NCBI GenBank assembly: GCA_033551855.1
Contig: JAWSUI010000001.1
Location: 160,001 to 224,000, forward strand
DNA length: 64,000 nt
From: Deferrisomatales bacterium
Lineage (GTDB): Bacteria > Desulfobacterota > Deferrisomatia > Deferrisomatales > JACRMM01
Direction of reading: 5' to 3'
The position numbers and the translations under genes are program-made. Below, in pieces: positions 1 through 9,621 of the stretch (the stretch's first letter is position 1; the number at the start of each line of letters is the position of its first letter). The notes under the pieces are model-generated. The model had not been told where the DNA came from. It saw only the letters and a program-made list of their open reading frames with translations, and ran no database searches.

Positions 1-206
1 AGGAGGGGAAAGCGCGGGGGGACGAGCAGGAACGGGAGCACCGCGTCCGCGATCTGGAGGCGGATGCCGGGCAGATCTCTCGGCCCCACCAGCCGCACGG
101 AGCGGTTCCAGCGCTCGAGCTCACGGGCATAGGTCTCGAAGCGCTCCCAGGGGAGGGCTGCCCGAAGGTCCGGGCGTAGGAGGCGGTCCCACTCCCCCGG
201 GGTCAC
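1..206 (-). CDS. rsmG: 16S rRNA m7G527 methyltransferase RsmG/GidB (5' part, runs off window)
   Basis: Manual translation from GTG at 206, which overlaps the mnmG TGA, gives [10 protein letters not shown]...[22 protein letters not shown]...IADA. This resembles the RsmG N-terminus (Y..L..WN...L), and the position directly downstream of mnmG is canonical. Confidence 0.75.
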   Translation of the reverse strand, partial: MTPGEWDRLLRPDLRAALPWERFETYARELERWNRSVRLVGPRDLPGIRLQIADAVLPFLLVPPRFPL

Positions 207-2077
207 GGGAACTGCCCGTTCTTCCGGAGGTGCACGAGCAGCGAGGTCACCGCAGCGGGCCTCATGCCCGGCAGGCGTTGGGCCTGACCGAGGGTGAGGG
301 GCCGGGCGGAGGCCAGCAGGTCGCGAACCTCCGGGGGCAGCCCGGCCACGGCTCCGTAGTCGAGATCCGGGGCCAAGGGGGTGGTCTCGAGGCGGGCGGT
401 CGCCCGGAGGCGCTCTTCGTCCCTCCGAACGTACCCTTCGTACTTCACATCGATCTCCACCGTTTCCTCGTCGCGAGGCGTCGCCTCGGGCCACCCGGTG
501 GCCAGGGGCTTGAGCTGGGCCAGGGAGATCTCGGGCCGGCGCAGGAGCTCCTCGAGGGACGCGGGTTGTTTGGGAAACCGGGTGCCGGCTTCTCGAAAGA
601 GCTCGACGGCCTGCGGAGTAGGCGCGGCGCGGGTAGAGGCCAGGAAGGCGCGGAGCTCCCCAAGGACGCGTTGCCGCTTGCGAAAACGTGCGGCCCGGTC
701 CGGCGTGACGCTCCCCAGCTCCACGGCCAGCGGAGTCAAGCGCAGGTCGGCGTTGTCCTCCCGAAGGACGAGGCGGTACTCTGCGCGACTCGTGAACATG
801 CGGTACGGCTCGGTGATGCCCCGGGTCACGAGGTCGTCCACCAGCACCCCCAGGTACCCCTGATGTCGCCCCAAGACCACTCCCCCCCTGCCTGCGGCGC
901 GCCGGGCCGCATTGACCCCGGCCAAGAGGCCCTGGGCGGCGGCCTCCTCGTACCCCGACGTGCCGTTGATCTGCCCGGCGAGGAAGAGCCCCTGGAGGCG
1001 CTTGGACTCCAACGTGGGATAGAGTTCGGTCGGGTCCGAGTAGTCGTACTCGACCGCGTAGCCGGGCCTCAGAAGCTCTGCCTCCTCGAGGCCGGGTATG
1101 GATCGCACGAAGTGCAGCTGGACATCGAGGGGCAGACTCGTGGAGATGCCGTTGGGATACACCTCCCGCGTGTCCTCCCCTTCCGGCTCGAGAAAGATCT
1201 GGTGGCGCTCCTTGTCGGGGAAGCGCACCACCTTGTCTTCGATGCTCGGGCAGTAGCGGGGCCCGATTCCCTGGATCACACCGGTGTAGAGCGGGGAGCG
1301 GTCCAGGGCCGAACGAATGATCGCGTGGGTCTCGGGTGTCGTGTAGGTGACGTGGCAGGGATGCTGTGGACGGCGAAACGCGACGGTATCCACCGAAAAG
1401 GGGGTCGGGTCCGGGTCGCCGGCTTGCGGCTCGAGGCCGCGCCAGCGGAGGCTGTTCCCGTTGAGCCGCGGTGGAGTGCCTGTCTTGAGCCGCCCCAGGG
1501 GAAACCCCCGCCTTCGGAGATCCTCCGCCAGGGCGCGGGAAGGGGGCTCGCCGGCCCGCCCCGCGGGAAACCGGCTGAGACCGATGTGCACGAGCCCGTT
1601 CAGGAACGTGCCGGGGCACAGCACCACGGCCGCCGCCCGGAGGAAAGTGCCGGCCCGAGTCTCCAGGCCGGCCAGGCGGGTCCCTTCGAGACGGAGGCCG
1701 ATCACTTCCCCCTGGTGCAGGGTCAGGCCCCGAAAGGACTCGAGAACGGCCTTCATGTGCCGCCCGTATCGATAGCGGTCGGCTTGCGCCCGCGTCGCCC
1801 AGACCGCCGGGCCCTTGCGGGTGTTCAGGCGGCGAAGCTGCAGGGCGGTGGCGTCGGTCGCCCTTCCCATCTCGCCCCCAAGGGCGTCGATCTCACGAAC
1901 CAGGTGCCCCTTCCCGAGACCCCCCACCGCCGGGTTGCAGGACATCTGGCCGACGGCATCCAACTGCAGGGTCAGGAGGATCGTACGCGCGCCCAGTCGG
2001 GCCGCCGCTAGGGCGGCCTCGATGCCCGCGTGCCCGCCGCCGACCACCGCGACGTCGTAGGAAACAGGCCACTCCAT
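203..2077 (-). CDS. mnmG: tRNA U34 carboxymethylaminomethyl modification enzyme MnmG/GidA
   Basis: GGGHAG FAD motif, [41 protein letters not shown] and [14 protein letters not shown]; 624 aa. Confidence 0.98.
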   Translation of the reverse strand: MEWPVSYDVAVVGGGHAGIEAALAAARLGARTILLTLQLDAVGQMSCNPAVGGLGKGHLVREIDALGGEMGRATDATALQLRRLNTRKGPAVWATRAQADRYRYGRHMKAVLESFRGLTLHQGEVIGLRLEGTRLAGLETRAGTFLRAAAVVLCPGTFLNGLVHIGLSRFPAGRAGEPPSRALAEDLRRRGFPLGRLKTGTPPRLNGNSLRWRGLEPQAGDPDPTPFSVDTVAFRRPQHPCHVTYTTPETHAIIRSALDRSPLYTGVIQGIGPRYCPSIEDKVVRFPDKERHQIFLEPEGEDTREVYPNGISTSLPLDVQLHFVRSIPGLEEAELLRPGYAVEYDYSDPTELYPTLESKRLQGLFLAGQINGTSGYEEAAAQGLLAGVNAARRAAGRGGVVLGRHQGYLGVLVDDLVTRGITEPYRMFTSRAEYRLVLREDNADLRLTPLAVELGSVTPDRAARFRKRQRVLGELRAFLASTRAAPTPQAVELFREAGTRFPKQPASLEELLRRPEISLAQLKPLATGWPEATPRDEETVEIDVKYEGYVRRDEERLRATARLETTPLAPDLDYGAVAGLPPEVRDLLASARPLTLGQAQRLPGMRPAAVTSLLVHLRKNGQFP

Positions 2078-2171
2078 GGGTCATCCCTTGGACAGCTGCG
2101 AAGGCCCCGAAGGGGGTGCCCGGCGTCGCGCCCAAGCCGAAATGCTGCCGGAGGCCCTCATCGGCTCGGGG

Positions 2172-2187
2172 TGTTTCACGTGAAACA
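2172..2187. promoter_or_regulatory. parS centromere-like site (ParB binding)
   Basis: Exact consensus TGTTTCACGTGAAACA inside a perfect 22-bp palindrome (2169-2190), in the mnmE-mnmG gap. Confidence 0.93.
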
Positions 2188-2446
2188 CCCGGTATCCGTC
2201 GAAAGACGTCACGCCCCCCGACCACAACCGGGCACTGCCTACTGCTACAACGAGCGATCGGTTCTCCGCGTGCGTTCGGCGCGAAACCTTCCCTCCGGCG
2301 GTCAGGATCCCGGCGCGCAGTGCATCGCGAGACGGTTTCGAGCGGCCCTGCGGCCCTTCGGTGCGCCCAGTGCATCGTTCCAAGGCCGCCTTCGGGCTCT
2401 TCAGGAAGGCCCCGCGCCCGACTCTGACGCAACTCTCGCTGCAGCA

Positions 2447-3826
2447 CTACTTCCCGATGCAGAACTCGGAAAAGATGTCCTCCAGCACGTCCTCGGGCGT
2501 TCCCCACCCCAACAGCTCCGACAGGCACCGTCGCGCTTCGTGCATCTCGCTCGCCGCCACCTCGGGAAACCCTCCTCCTTCCAGGACCAGAAGAGCGCGC
2601 CGCAGGGCTGCCAGAGCTTGCTCCACGGCCCGTCGATGCCGCACACGGGTCAGCGGCGCGTCCCCTGCGCCGTCGCGCGGGCCGCTCCCGGCGGCTTCCC
2701 GAAGGTCCTGGAGCAGGGCGGGGATCCCCTCCCCGGTGAGGGCGGAGAGCACCAAGGGAGGCTCTCCGAGTACCGCAGCCAGCTGGGCGCAGGGCCGGGC
2801 CCCCAGGTCCGCCTTGTTCATCACCCCCCGAACCTGGTGTTGGTGCTGCAACCGCTCGGCCTCCTCGATCTCCTCGGGCCGCAGGTCGCGCGCCCCGTCG
2901 CAGACCAAGAGCACCAGATCCGCCCGGGCGGCGGCGGCACGCGCGCGGCGAACGCCTTCCTCTTCGAGGGGATCCCTGGCGGGGCGAAGCCCGGCGGTGT
3001 CCACCAGACGAATCGGGGTCCCCAACGCGTTGAGCCACGCCTCGATCGTGTCGCGCGTGGTCCCCGGAGTCGGGCTGACGATGGCGCGGTCTTCTTCGAG
3101 CAGGCGGTTGAGGAGGCTCGACTTGCCGGTGTTGGGGGCCCCGACGAGCGCCACCGTGTACCCGTCCCGAAGCGTACGCCCCCAGGAGTAGGTCGACAGC
3201 TTCCCCTCCATGGCTGCCACCACGGGGGTGAGGGCTTGGGCCGTATGCGTTTGGTCTAGATCTCCGAGATCGTCCTCGGGAAAGTCCAGGTGCGCCTCTA
3301 GTCGGGCAAGGCAGTGGCCGAGCGCCTGCTGCCACTGTTCCACGTCCCGGGACAGCGCGCCGCCGAGCAGTTCCTCGTGGACCTTCAGGGCAGCGTCCGT
3401 TCGCGCTCGGACGACGTCCAGAACCGCTTCGGCTTGAAGCAGGTCTACCCTGCCGCGCAGATACGCTCGCAAGGTGAACTCTCCGGGCTCCGCCAAGCGG
3501 GCGCCGGAGAAGAGAAGGGCGTCCAGGACGGCCGGGCCCGCGGGGCCGCCGTGGCACTGGATCTCCAGCACGTCTTCCCGGGTGTAGGAGGCCGGGCCGG
3601 GCATCCATAGGGAGAGGGCCTCGTCGAGAGGCCCGCCCCGGCGGGGATCCCACACCCGTGTCCACCGCACGGTCCAGGGTTCGAGTTGGAGGGCCTCCCC
3701 CCCGCGATCCCGGAGCACGGCCCTTCCCAGAGAGGCCGCCTCGGGGCCGCTGACTCGGACGACGCAGATTCCTCCCTCCCCCGGCGGGGTCGCGAGCGCA
3801 GCGATCGTGTCCTCCAACGAGCGCAC
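2447..3826 (-). CDS. mnmE: tRNA modification GTPase MnmE/TrmE
   Basis: DTIAALATPPG, GAPNTGKSS, PGTTRD, DTAGLR, NKAD and C-terminal FSEFCIGK. Confidence 0.98.
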   Translation of the reverse strand: MRSLEDTIAALATPPGEGGICVVRVSGPEAASLGRAVLRDRGGEALQLEPWTVRWTRVWDPRRGGPLDEALSLWMPGPASYTREDVLEIQCHGGPAGPAVLDALLFSGARLAEPGEFTLRAYLRGRVDLLQAEAVLDVVRARTDAALKVHEELLGGALSRDVEQWQQALGHCLARLEAHLDFPEDDLGDLDQTHTAQALTPVVAAMEGKLSTYSWGRTLRDGYTVALVGAPNTGKSSLLNRLLEEDRAIVSPTPGTTRDTIEAWLNALGTPIRLVDTAGLRPARDPLEEEGVRRARAAAARADLVLLVCDGARDLRPEEIEEAERLQHQHQVRGVMNKADLGARPCAQLAAVLGEPPLVLSALTGEGIPALLQDLREAAGSGPRDGAGDAPLTRVRHRRAVEQALAALRRALLVLEGGGFPEVAASEMHEARRCLSELLGWGTPEDVLEDIFSEFCIGK

Positions 3827-3862
3827 CGGATCCCCGAAAACGCTGCGGGACGCTGCCGCCCC

Positions 3863-5452
3863 CTACGCGGCAGCGGGCTCGGCCCTGCGCAGCATCCAGG
3901 CCTGCTGCGCGATGCTCAGCAGATTGTTCACGAGCCAGTAGATGACCAAGCCGGACGGGAAATTGAGGAACATGAAGGTAAACACCGCGGGCAGCCCGTA
4001 CATCATCATCTTCATCTGGGTTGGGTTGGTCCCGGTCATGGGAGTCAGCTTCTGCTGAAGCAACATGCTGGCTCCCATCACGATAGGCGTGATGTAGTAG
4101 GGGTCTTTGTCGGAAAGGTCTGTGATCCACAGAAAGAATGGAGCGTGACGCAGTTCTATGGATCCCAACAGGATTTTGTACAAAGCGAAGAAAAACGGGA
4201 TCTGGACCAACATCGGGAGGCAGCCCCCGAGCGGGTTGACCTTGTGGGTCTTGTAGAGCTGCATGACCTCCATGTTCATGCGCTCGCGGTCTTTTCCGTA
4301 TTTCTCCTTGAGGCGCTGCATTTTCGGCTGCAGATCCTTCATCCGCTGCATGGACTTAAAGCTTCGTGCGCTCAGGGGCCAGAAAACGGCCTTGATCACC
4401 GTAGTGAGAATGATGATCGCAATACCATAATTCCCGGTAACACCATAGATCGCGTTCAAGAAAACCATCAACGGCTTTGCAATCACATGGAAGAAGCCAT
4501 AGTGCGCCACGTGATCCAAGTTGGCCCCCAACGGGGCCAAGGCCGCCGGCAGCTTGGGGCCGAGGTAGATGCTGTAGGAAAACGTAGCCTCGGCACCCGG
4601 GTAGAGGTCGAACACGGGCCCCAGGAGCTCCACCTCGGCGACCTTGTCCTGCCCCAGGTGGGACCCGATCCGCAAGGAAGTACCCTCGGGCGACGACGGC
4701 ACCGCTGCCACCAAGAAGTACTTCTCCAGCAGGGCGGCCCAGGAGATGTTTGCCGGGGCCTGCACGCCGTCGCGGATCCGCTTGATCTTCACCTCCTCGA
4801 AGTCGCCCCCGCGATAGTAGGCGGGGCCCGTGAAGGAGTAGCTGTCCTCGAGGGGGGCAAAGTCCTGGACGAGCAACAAGCCGAGGCGGTCGCGAAGCGC
4901 CGCGCCCGCGCCGTTCCTCAGCCGGACGTCCACGTCCACGTCGTAGCGGCCGGGTGCGAGGGAGTATGTCTTCTCGATCCGGATCCCGGCGGGGGAGGTC
5001 CAAGAGTAGGTCACCCGGTCCGGGCGGTGTTCGACCTCCTCGTACACCTGGTTCCACTCCGGAATCGCCTCCAGCAGTCGCACTGCCCCGGCGAGGTCCG
5101 TCCCCGCCGGGGCGGCCAGAAGGCGCACGTCCGGGCTTTCCGGGGCAGGGGTCTCGCGGTATTCCTTGAGGCGAGCCTCTACGATGGCGGCGGATCGGCT
5201 CGAGAGACGAAGGGTCACCCGATCGTTCTCCAGCACGGCGTGGCGAACCGGCACCGCCGGTGTCGCCGGTACCTCCCCGGCGGGCGCTCCGGTCACCCAG
5301 GGGGCGGGGGGGGCAACCCCGGGCTCAACCGGAGAGGCAGCGGGCGGGGGAGCTCCGGGCCCCTGCGGAGGAGGGGGGGCAAGATACATCTGGAACAGCA
5401 AGAGAACGGCCATGGACAAGGCCACGGCCAGGATGGTTCGCTTCAGGTCCAT
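3863..5452 (-). CDS. yidC: Membrane protein insertase YidC
   Basis: N-terminal TM helix, periplasmic domain, [26 protein letters not shown] and [12 protein letters not shown]. Confidence 0.97.
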   Translation of the reverse strand: MDLKRTILAVALSMAVLLLFQMYLAPPPPQGPGAPPPAASPVEPGVAPPAPWVTGAPAGEVPATPAVPVRHAVLENDRVTLRLSSRSAAIVEARLKEYRETPAPESPDVRLLAAPAGTDLAGAVRLLEAIPEWNQVYEEVEHRPDRVTYSWTSPAGIRIEKTYSLAPGRYDVDVDVRLRNGAGAALRDRLGLLLVQDFAPLEDSYSFTGPAYYRGGDFEEVKIKRIRDGVQAPANISWAALLEKYFLVAAVPSSPEGTSLRIGSHLGQDKVAEVELLGPVFDLYPGAEATFSYSIYLGPKLPAALAPLGANLDHVAHYGFFHVIAKPLMVFLNAIYGVTGNYGIAIIILTTVIKAVFWPLSARSFKSMQRMKDLQPKMQRLKEKYGKDRERMNMEVMQLYKTHKVNPLGGCLPMLVQIPFFFALYKILLGSIELRHAPFFLWITDLSDKDPYYITPIVMGASMLLQQKLTPMTGTNPTQMKMMMYGLPAVFTFMFLNFPSGLVIYWLVNNLLSIAQQAWMLRRAEPAAA

Positions 5453-5714
5453 CGTTGCATCTCCATCCGGAGGAAGGGGTGCCTCCTGCCGCAGGGCCTC
5501 CTGCGGGAACAGGGTCGTATCCGCCAGGGTGCAGCGGGTGGCACCGAAGAAGGCGCCAGGCGGTCAGCCCGGTACCCTTCCAGAACCCGTGGGTCTGAAA
5601 CGCAGTCACCGCGTAGGCGCTGCACGTGGGGTAAAACCGGCACGCAGGGGGCAAGAACGGCGAGATCAGGAGGCGGTATGCGGTTACGGTGAGGGCCGCG
5701 ACACGGGCAGCCAA
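5325..5714 (-). CDS. yidD: Membrane protein insertion efficiency factor YidD (start TTG 5714 inferred; C-terminus runs into yidC)
   Basis: [23 protein letters not shown]...[17 protein letters not shown] within ORF 5325..6020; lies between rnpA and yidC. Confidence 0.85.
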   Translation of the reverse strand: MAARVAALTVTAYRLLISPFLPPACRFYPTCSAYAVTAFQTHGFWKGTGLTAWRLLRCHPLHPGGYDPVPAGGPAAGGTPSSGWRCNDGPEANHPGRGLVHGRSLAVPDVSCPPSSAGARSSPARCLSG

Positions 5715-6238
5715 TCCCGGAGAGCCCCGTCCAACTCCGCCATCACGTCCCACAGGCCCAGCCCGGCCGCCCCTGTCTTTGCCACCACCACCAAGTCCAC
5801 GGTTGGCGCAAACGCGAGCCGTCGGAGGCGGAAATACTCTCGGAGAAGCCGCTTCGTGCGATTTCGGGCGTGGGCCTTCCCCACCTTCCGAGACACGACG
5901 AGCCCCAGCCTGCTCCCTCCCGAGGAGCCGGGGGCGATCACCGCCCGAAAGTGATCCGTGTGGCGGCTCTTTCCGAGACGGAAGGCGCGATCGAACTCGG
6001 CCTTGGTTCGAATCCGGCATGTGTGAGGAAAGGTGAAGTGCGGCGCCGATGGAACGGCTACTTCTTCGGGATCGCCACGGTGAGCCGCAGGCGCCCCTTC
6101 AGGCGACGGCGCGCCAGAACCCTTCTCCCGTTGGCCGTGGCCATGCGGGACCGGAAGCCGTGGGTCCGCTTGCGGCGAATTCGGCTGGGCTGGTACGTGT
6201 GTTGCTGCATATCGCGTCCTCCTCGGGGAGTGCGGCAT
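5684..6238 (-). CDS. rnpA: Ribonuclease P protein component (start uncertain; only canonical start is ATG 6238, upstream of rpmH)
   Basis: [38 protein letters not shown] (RNR motif) and DLVVVAK; the conserved core spans about 5684-6040. Confidence 0.9.
   Translation of the reverse strand: MPHSPRRTRYAATHVPAQPNSPQADPRLPVPHGHGQREKGSGAPSPEGAPAAHRGDPEEVAVPSAPHFTFPHTCRIRTKAEFDRAFRLGKSRHTDHFRAVIAPGSSGGSRLGLVVSRKVGKAHARNRTKRLLREYFRLRRLAFAPTVDLVVVAKTGAAGLGLWDVMAELDGALRDWLPVSRPSP
6058..6210 (-). CDS. rpmH: 50S ribosomal protein L34
   Basis: Manual translation [50 protein letters not shown] (50 aa, not in the ORF track), with a GAGGAGG Shine-Dalgarno. Confidence 0.96.
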   Translation of the reverse strand: MQQHTYQPSRIRRKRTHGFRSRMATANGRRVLARRRLKGRLRLTVAIPKK

Positions 6239-6271
6239 GGAGAACGAGCTCCAGTTCTTGGGGAAACAGGA

Positions 6272-6301
6272 AGACTAGGGGAGCTCGAGAGCGGCTGTCA
6301 A
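6272..6301 (-). promoter_or_regulatory. Putative sigma70 promoter of the rpmH-rnpA operon
   Basis: TTGACA-18 nt-TAGTCT on the minus strand, just upstream of ATG 6238 and ATG 6210. Confidence 0.55.
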
Positions 6302-6310
6302 GGCATTTCG

Positions 6311-6745
6311 GGTTCCCTGGACCCACCGGCTGGTCGGCGAGCGGAGTCCGGGAGCCCCTGCGCTTCGCCCCGCAATCCGCGGCAATTCGAAGAAGTGTCG
6401 CGGCAGTTCCGGGTGCGCCGGCCTGCACCCGCTTACGCCCGCCTCGTCGAGTCGGTGGATGCGGTGCGGGGCTGCACTCCTGGGCTCCCGGACTCCGCAC
6501 CGCAATGTGGTGGTGGATTCTGGGGCTCCCTGGACCCACCGGCTGATCGGCGAGCGGAGTCCGGGAGCCCCTGCGCTTCGCCCCACAATCCGCGGTAGTT
6601 CGAAGAGGTGCGCCCGCAGTCCCGGGTGCATCGGGCTTCCCCCCCGCGCCGGCCTCGGTCGACTCGGCGGATGCGGTGCGGGGCTGCGCTCCTGATCTCC
6701 CGGACTCCGCCCCACAATGTGGTGGTGGATCCCGGGCTCCCCGGG
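6311..6745. repeat. Tandem pair of ~213-bp elements with internal inverted repeats (repeat family A)
   Basis: CCCTGGACCCACCGGCTG recurs at 6315 and 6528. Unit 1 has the perfect IR GCGGAGTCCGGGAGCCC (6341-6357) / GGGCTCCCGGACTCCGC (6482-6498). Confidence 0.88.
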
Positions 6746-6862
6746 AACCCCCGTCTCGGAGGAGGGCGGGGTCGAGGAGTCGCAGCGATCAGCCGGGCAG
6801 CCGCGCTCCGTGCCACAGAATCGCCTGGAACCCTCCGGTTGCCGCCCGGTACCATGCCCCCC

Positions 6863-8032
6863 ATGACCCTAGCTCTCTACGTCCACGTGCCCTTCTGCGA
6901 GAGCCGCTGCGCCTATTGCGGGTTTTACAGCGGCGAGTCGCTGCAGTGGTGTAGCCAGTACCCGGAGTGGGTTGCTGCCGAGGCGCGCCTCCGGCGGGCA
7001 GAGAGACCGGGCAAGGGACGCCTGACCTCCGTCTATCTTGGCGGCGGTACCCCGTCGCTCCTCGGAGAGGCAGGGATCGGCCGCGTGCTCGAGGCGGCCC
7101 GGAACGAATGGGGGGTGGCGCAGGACGCAGAGGTCACGGTCGAGGTGAACCCGGGCGTGCCGACGGATCTCGTCGCCCTGCGCCGACTGGGCGTGAACCG
7201 GCTCTCAGTGGGGGTTCAAGCCCTGGACGACGGTGTCCTCGCGTCCCTGGGGCGACGCCACACGGCGGCCTGTGCCACCGGTGCCGTCCAGGACGCAAGG
7301 CGGGCCGGCTTTCCCCGGGTGAGCGCCGATCTCCTGTACGGAGTCCCGGGATTGCGGCCTGGAGCCCTGAGGGACTGGGTCTACGGGCTCTCGGCCCAGG
7401 GGGCGGATCACGTGTCGGCCTACAGCCTGGAGCTCCACCCGGGCACCCCCCTGGCGGAAGCCGTGGCCTTGGGTCTGGCGGAGGCCTGCGGTTCCGACGA
7501 GGAGGAATCACAGTGGTGGGAGCTCACGGAAGCCCTGGCTCAAGAGGGCTACGAGGCCTACGAGGTGTCCAACTTCGCGTGGCCGGGGGCCCGCTGCCGG
7601 CACAACGTCGCGTACTGGGAGGGGGGCCCCTACCTGGGTCTGGGGCCCGGGGCGCACGGCTACGAACCGGCGGAAGGGATGTGGGGGACACGGTGGTGGA
7701 ACGCGCCGTCCCTGCACCGCTATCGGGAGAGCCTCCTCGCCGGGATTCTGCCTCCGGGAGGCCGGGAGATTCTGACCCGGGACGAGGCCCTGCTCGAGAC
7801 CCTGTTCCTCGCATTTCGGAGAACCCAACCGCTCGGCCTCGGGTCGGTGCCTCGCCGATTCCGGCTCGATCCGGTGCGCTGGGCCGAGACGCTGGCGAGG
7901 CTCGAGCGGCACGGATTCCTGCGCCCCGCGGGCGCGGGCTGTTGGACGCCGACCTTGGAGGCGGCGCGGCGAGCCGACGGACTCGCCTTGTGGATCCGCG
8001 AGCTCATGGTCTCGGCTGCCGGGGCCCCGTAG
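6863..8032 (+). CDS. hemW: Radical SAM heme chaperone HemW (HemN-like)
   Basis: LYVHVPFCESRCAYCGF (CxxxCxxC), YLGGGTPS, YEVSNFA and CRHNVAYW; hemW upstream of hrcA is a common synteny. Confidence 0.92.
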   Translation: MTLALYVHVPFCESRCAYCGFYSGESLQWCSQYPEWVAAEARLRRAERPGKGRLTSVYLGGGTPSLLGEAGIGRVLEAARNEWGVAQDAEVTVEVNPGVPTDLVALRRLGVNRLSVGVQALDDGVLASLGRRHTAACATGAVQDARRAGFPRVSADLLYGVPGLRPGALRDWVYGLSAQGADHVSAYSLELHPGTPLAEAVALGLAEACGSDEEESQWWELTEALAQEGYEAYEVSNFAWPGARCRHNVAYWEGGPYLGLGPGAHGYEPAEGMWGTRWWNAPSLHRYRESLLAGILPPGGREILTRDEALLETLFLAFRRTQPLGLGSVPRRFRLDPVRWAETLARLERHGFLRPAGAGCWTPTLEAARRADGLALWIRELMVSAAGAP

Positions 8033-8075
8033 CCCCGGGGAGCCGGTGTGTGTCCCGGGCGGAGGGTCCTGGTGC

Positions 8076-8104
8076 TTGACTCCCTGCGGGGGCATGGTTA
8101 CCGT
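8076..8104 (+). promoter_or_regulatory. sigma70-type promoter of the hrcA operon
   Basis: TTGACT-17 nt-TACCGT immediately before the left CIRCE half. Confidence 0.65.
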
Positions 8105-8110
8105 ACGGCG

Positions 8111-8373
8111 CTGGCACTCTTGGTGGTCCATTCCGCAAATGCGCCGGCATTTGAACGCCGCTACACCCGCGTCTGCCGCATTGTTGGTCTCTAGGCCTTC
8201 CGAGGGCCTCGCCGAGGGGCCGCCTGGGGCCGTGCGGGTCCGCTCTCCTGCGGAATCGCCGGGCAACTTCGACCCGGTATTCTCCCTCCTCGCGCTGTGC
8301 GGCCGCGGTGGATGGACACTCTCGGTGCTGTCACCGCGCCTGCGAGCCGGACCACTTGGGGTGCGAGTGCTAA
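8111..8373 (+). promoter_or_regulatory. CIRCE operator (HrcA site) split by an insertion
   Basis: Left half CTGGCACTC at 8111-8119 and right half GAGTGCTAA at 8365-8373. Removing the 236-bp insert plus duplication restores the exact 9-nt spacer TTGGGGTGC. Confidence 0.85.
8124..8354. mobile_element. MITE-like non-autonomous insertion (231 bp)
   Basis: Terminal IRs TGGTCC-N4-CGCA / TGCG-N4-GGACCA, flanked by the direct repeat CTTGG (8119-8123 and 8355-8359); no credible ORF inside. Confidence 0.72.
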
Positions 8374-8383
8374 AGGGGTGGCC

Positions 8384-9424
8384 GTGGAAACGAGCTTGCG
8401 CGAGAGAGACCGGCAGATCTTGAGTGCCGTTGTGGAGGAATTCGTCCAGACGGCAGAGCCGGTGGGGTCGCGCTACCTCGCCAGGAAGCACCGCCTGGGG
8501 GTCTCGCCGGCTACCGTCCGGAACGCGATGGCTGACCTGGAGGACCTGGGCTACCTGGCCCAGCCCCACACCTCTGCCGGCCGCAAGCCCACCGATAAAG
8601 GGTATCGTTACTACGTCGATTGCCTGATGAGCGCCGAGACTCCCCCTCCGGGGGAGCGACGCCGGCTGCGGCGGAGCCTGGGGGCCGCGGGTTCCGCGGA
8701 CATCCAGGAGATCCTCGGCTCGGCCTCCCGCGTCTTGTCTTCCGCGGCGCGGCAGGTGGGGATCGTGGCCGCGCCGCGCTTCGAGGCCGGGGTCTTCTGG
8801 CACATCGATTTCGTGCTCCTGCGGGAAGGCCGCGTCCTGGTGATCCTCGTGTCCCAGTCCGGGGTGGTCCACCACCGACCCGTGGCAGCACCCGAGATCG
8901 GCTCCCAGGCCGAGCTCGACCGCATGGCCAACTATTTGAACAGCTTCCTGCAGGACCTGACGTTGAGGGAGGTCAAGGAGCGGATCGTTGCCGAGATGGC
9001 CAGCGAAGTCGCGCTGTACGACTCGATGCTTCGCCGGGCCTTGGAGTTGGGCAGCCTTGCGGTGGGGGGAGAGTCGACCGAGGGAGAGGTGTACTTCGGC
9101 GATCCGGCGGCCCTGTTCGACCAGCCCGAGTTCAGCAGCGCGTCGAGGATGCGCGGGATCTTCGAGGCTTTCGAGAAGAAGGGACTCCTCATCCGCTTGC
9201 TGGACCGAGCGGCGGAGGCGCCAGGGCTGCACCTCCTCATCGGCGAGGAGAACCCCTTGGCGGATCTGCGGGACTGCACGCTGGTGGCCGCCCCGTACCG
9301 CCGCAGCGGGCGGGTGCTCGGGTCCGTCGGCGTCATCGGCCCGACGAGGATGGACTACCCCCGGGTCGTGGGGCTCGTCGAGTACACTGCCCGACTCGTC
9401 GGCGAGGCCCTGGACGAGCTCTAG
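8384..9424 (+). CDS. hrcA: Heat-inducible transcription repressor HrcA
   Basis: EPVGSR, SPATVRNAMADLEDLGYLAQPHTSAGRKPTDKGYRYYVD and GVIGPTRMDY; GTG start at 8384. Confidence 0.97.
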   Translation: METSLRERDRQILSAVVEEFVQTAEPVGSRYLARKHRLGVSPATVRNAMADLEDLGYLAQPHTSAGRKPTDKGYRYYVDCLMSAETPPPGERRRLRRSLGAAGSADIQEILGSASRVLSSAARQVGIVAAPRFEAGVFWHIDFVLLREGRVLVILVSQSGVVHHRPVAAPEIGSQAELDRMANYLNSFLQDLTLREVKERIVAEMASEVALYDSMLRRALELGSLAVGGESTEGEVYFGDPAALFDQPEFSSASRMRGIFEAFEKKGLLIRLLDRAAEAPGLHLLIGEENPLADLRDCTLVAAPYRRSGRVLGSVGVIGPTRMDYPRVVGLVEYTARLVGEALDEL

Positions 9425-9621
9425 CCGGGTGCCGCACCCCCCTGCCGGGGTGTTGCGGACGAGGTGTCTTGGGGGGCGGCCCCTTGGAGGTTTCGCGAAG
9501 CCCCTCGCGTTCGAGGCCCCTATCCGGTCCCGGGGGAGGCAGTTGGTGGGTGGGGGCGACCGACGGCCATGGAGTCCTGGTCGTCGAGGGTGTCTGATCA
9601 GGCGGAAAGGGAGATAGCCGG

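Noticed and set aside
6311..6745. Possible CRISPR array or oriC
   Set aside because: There are only two long 213-nt units with no short-repeat/unique-spacer pattern and no cas genes. I saw no consensus DnaA boxes or AT-rich unwinding element.
8297..8383. Longer hrcA N-terminus predicted by the ORF track
   Set aside because: That start lies inside the MITE-like insertion; GTG 8384 with an SD-like AAAGGGG gives a normal HrcA N-terminus.
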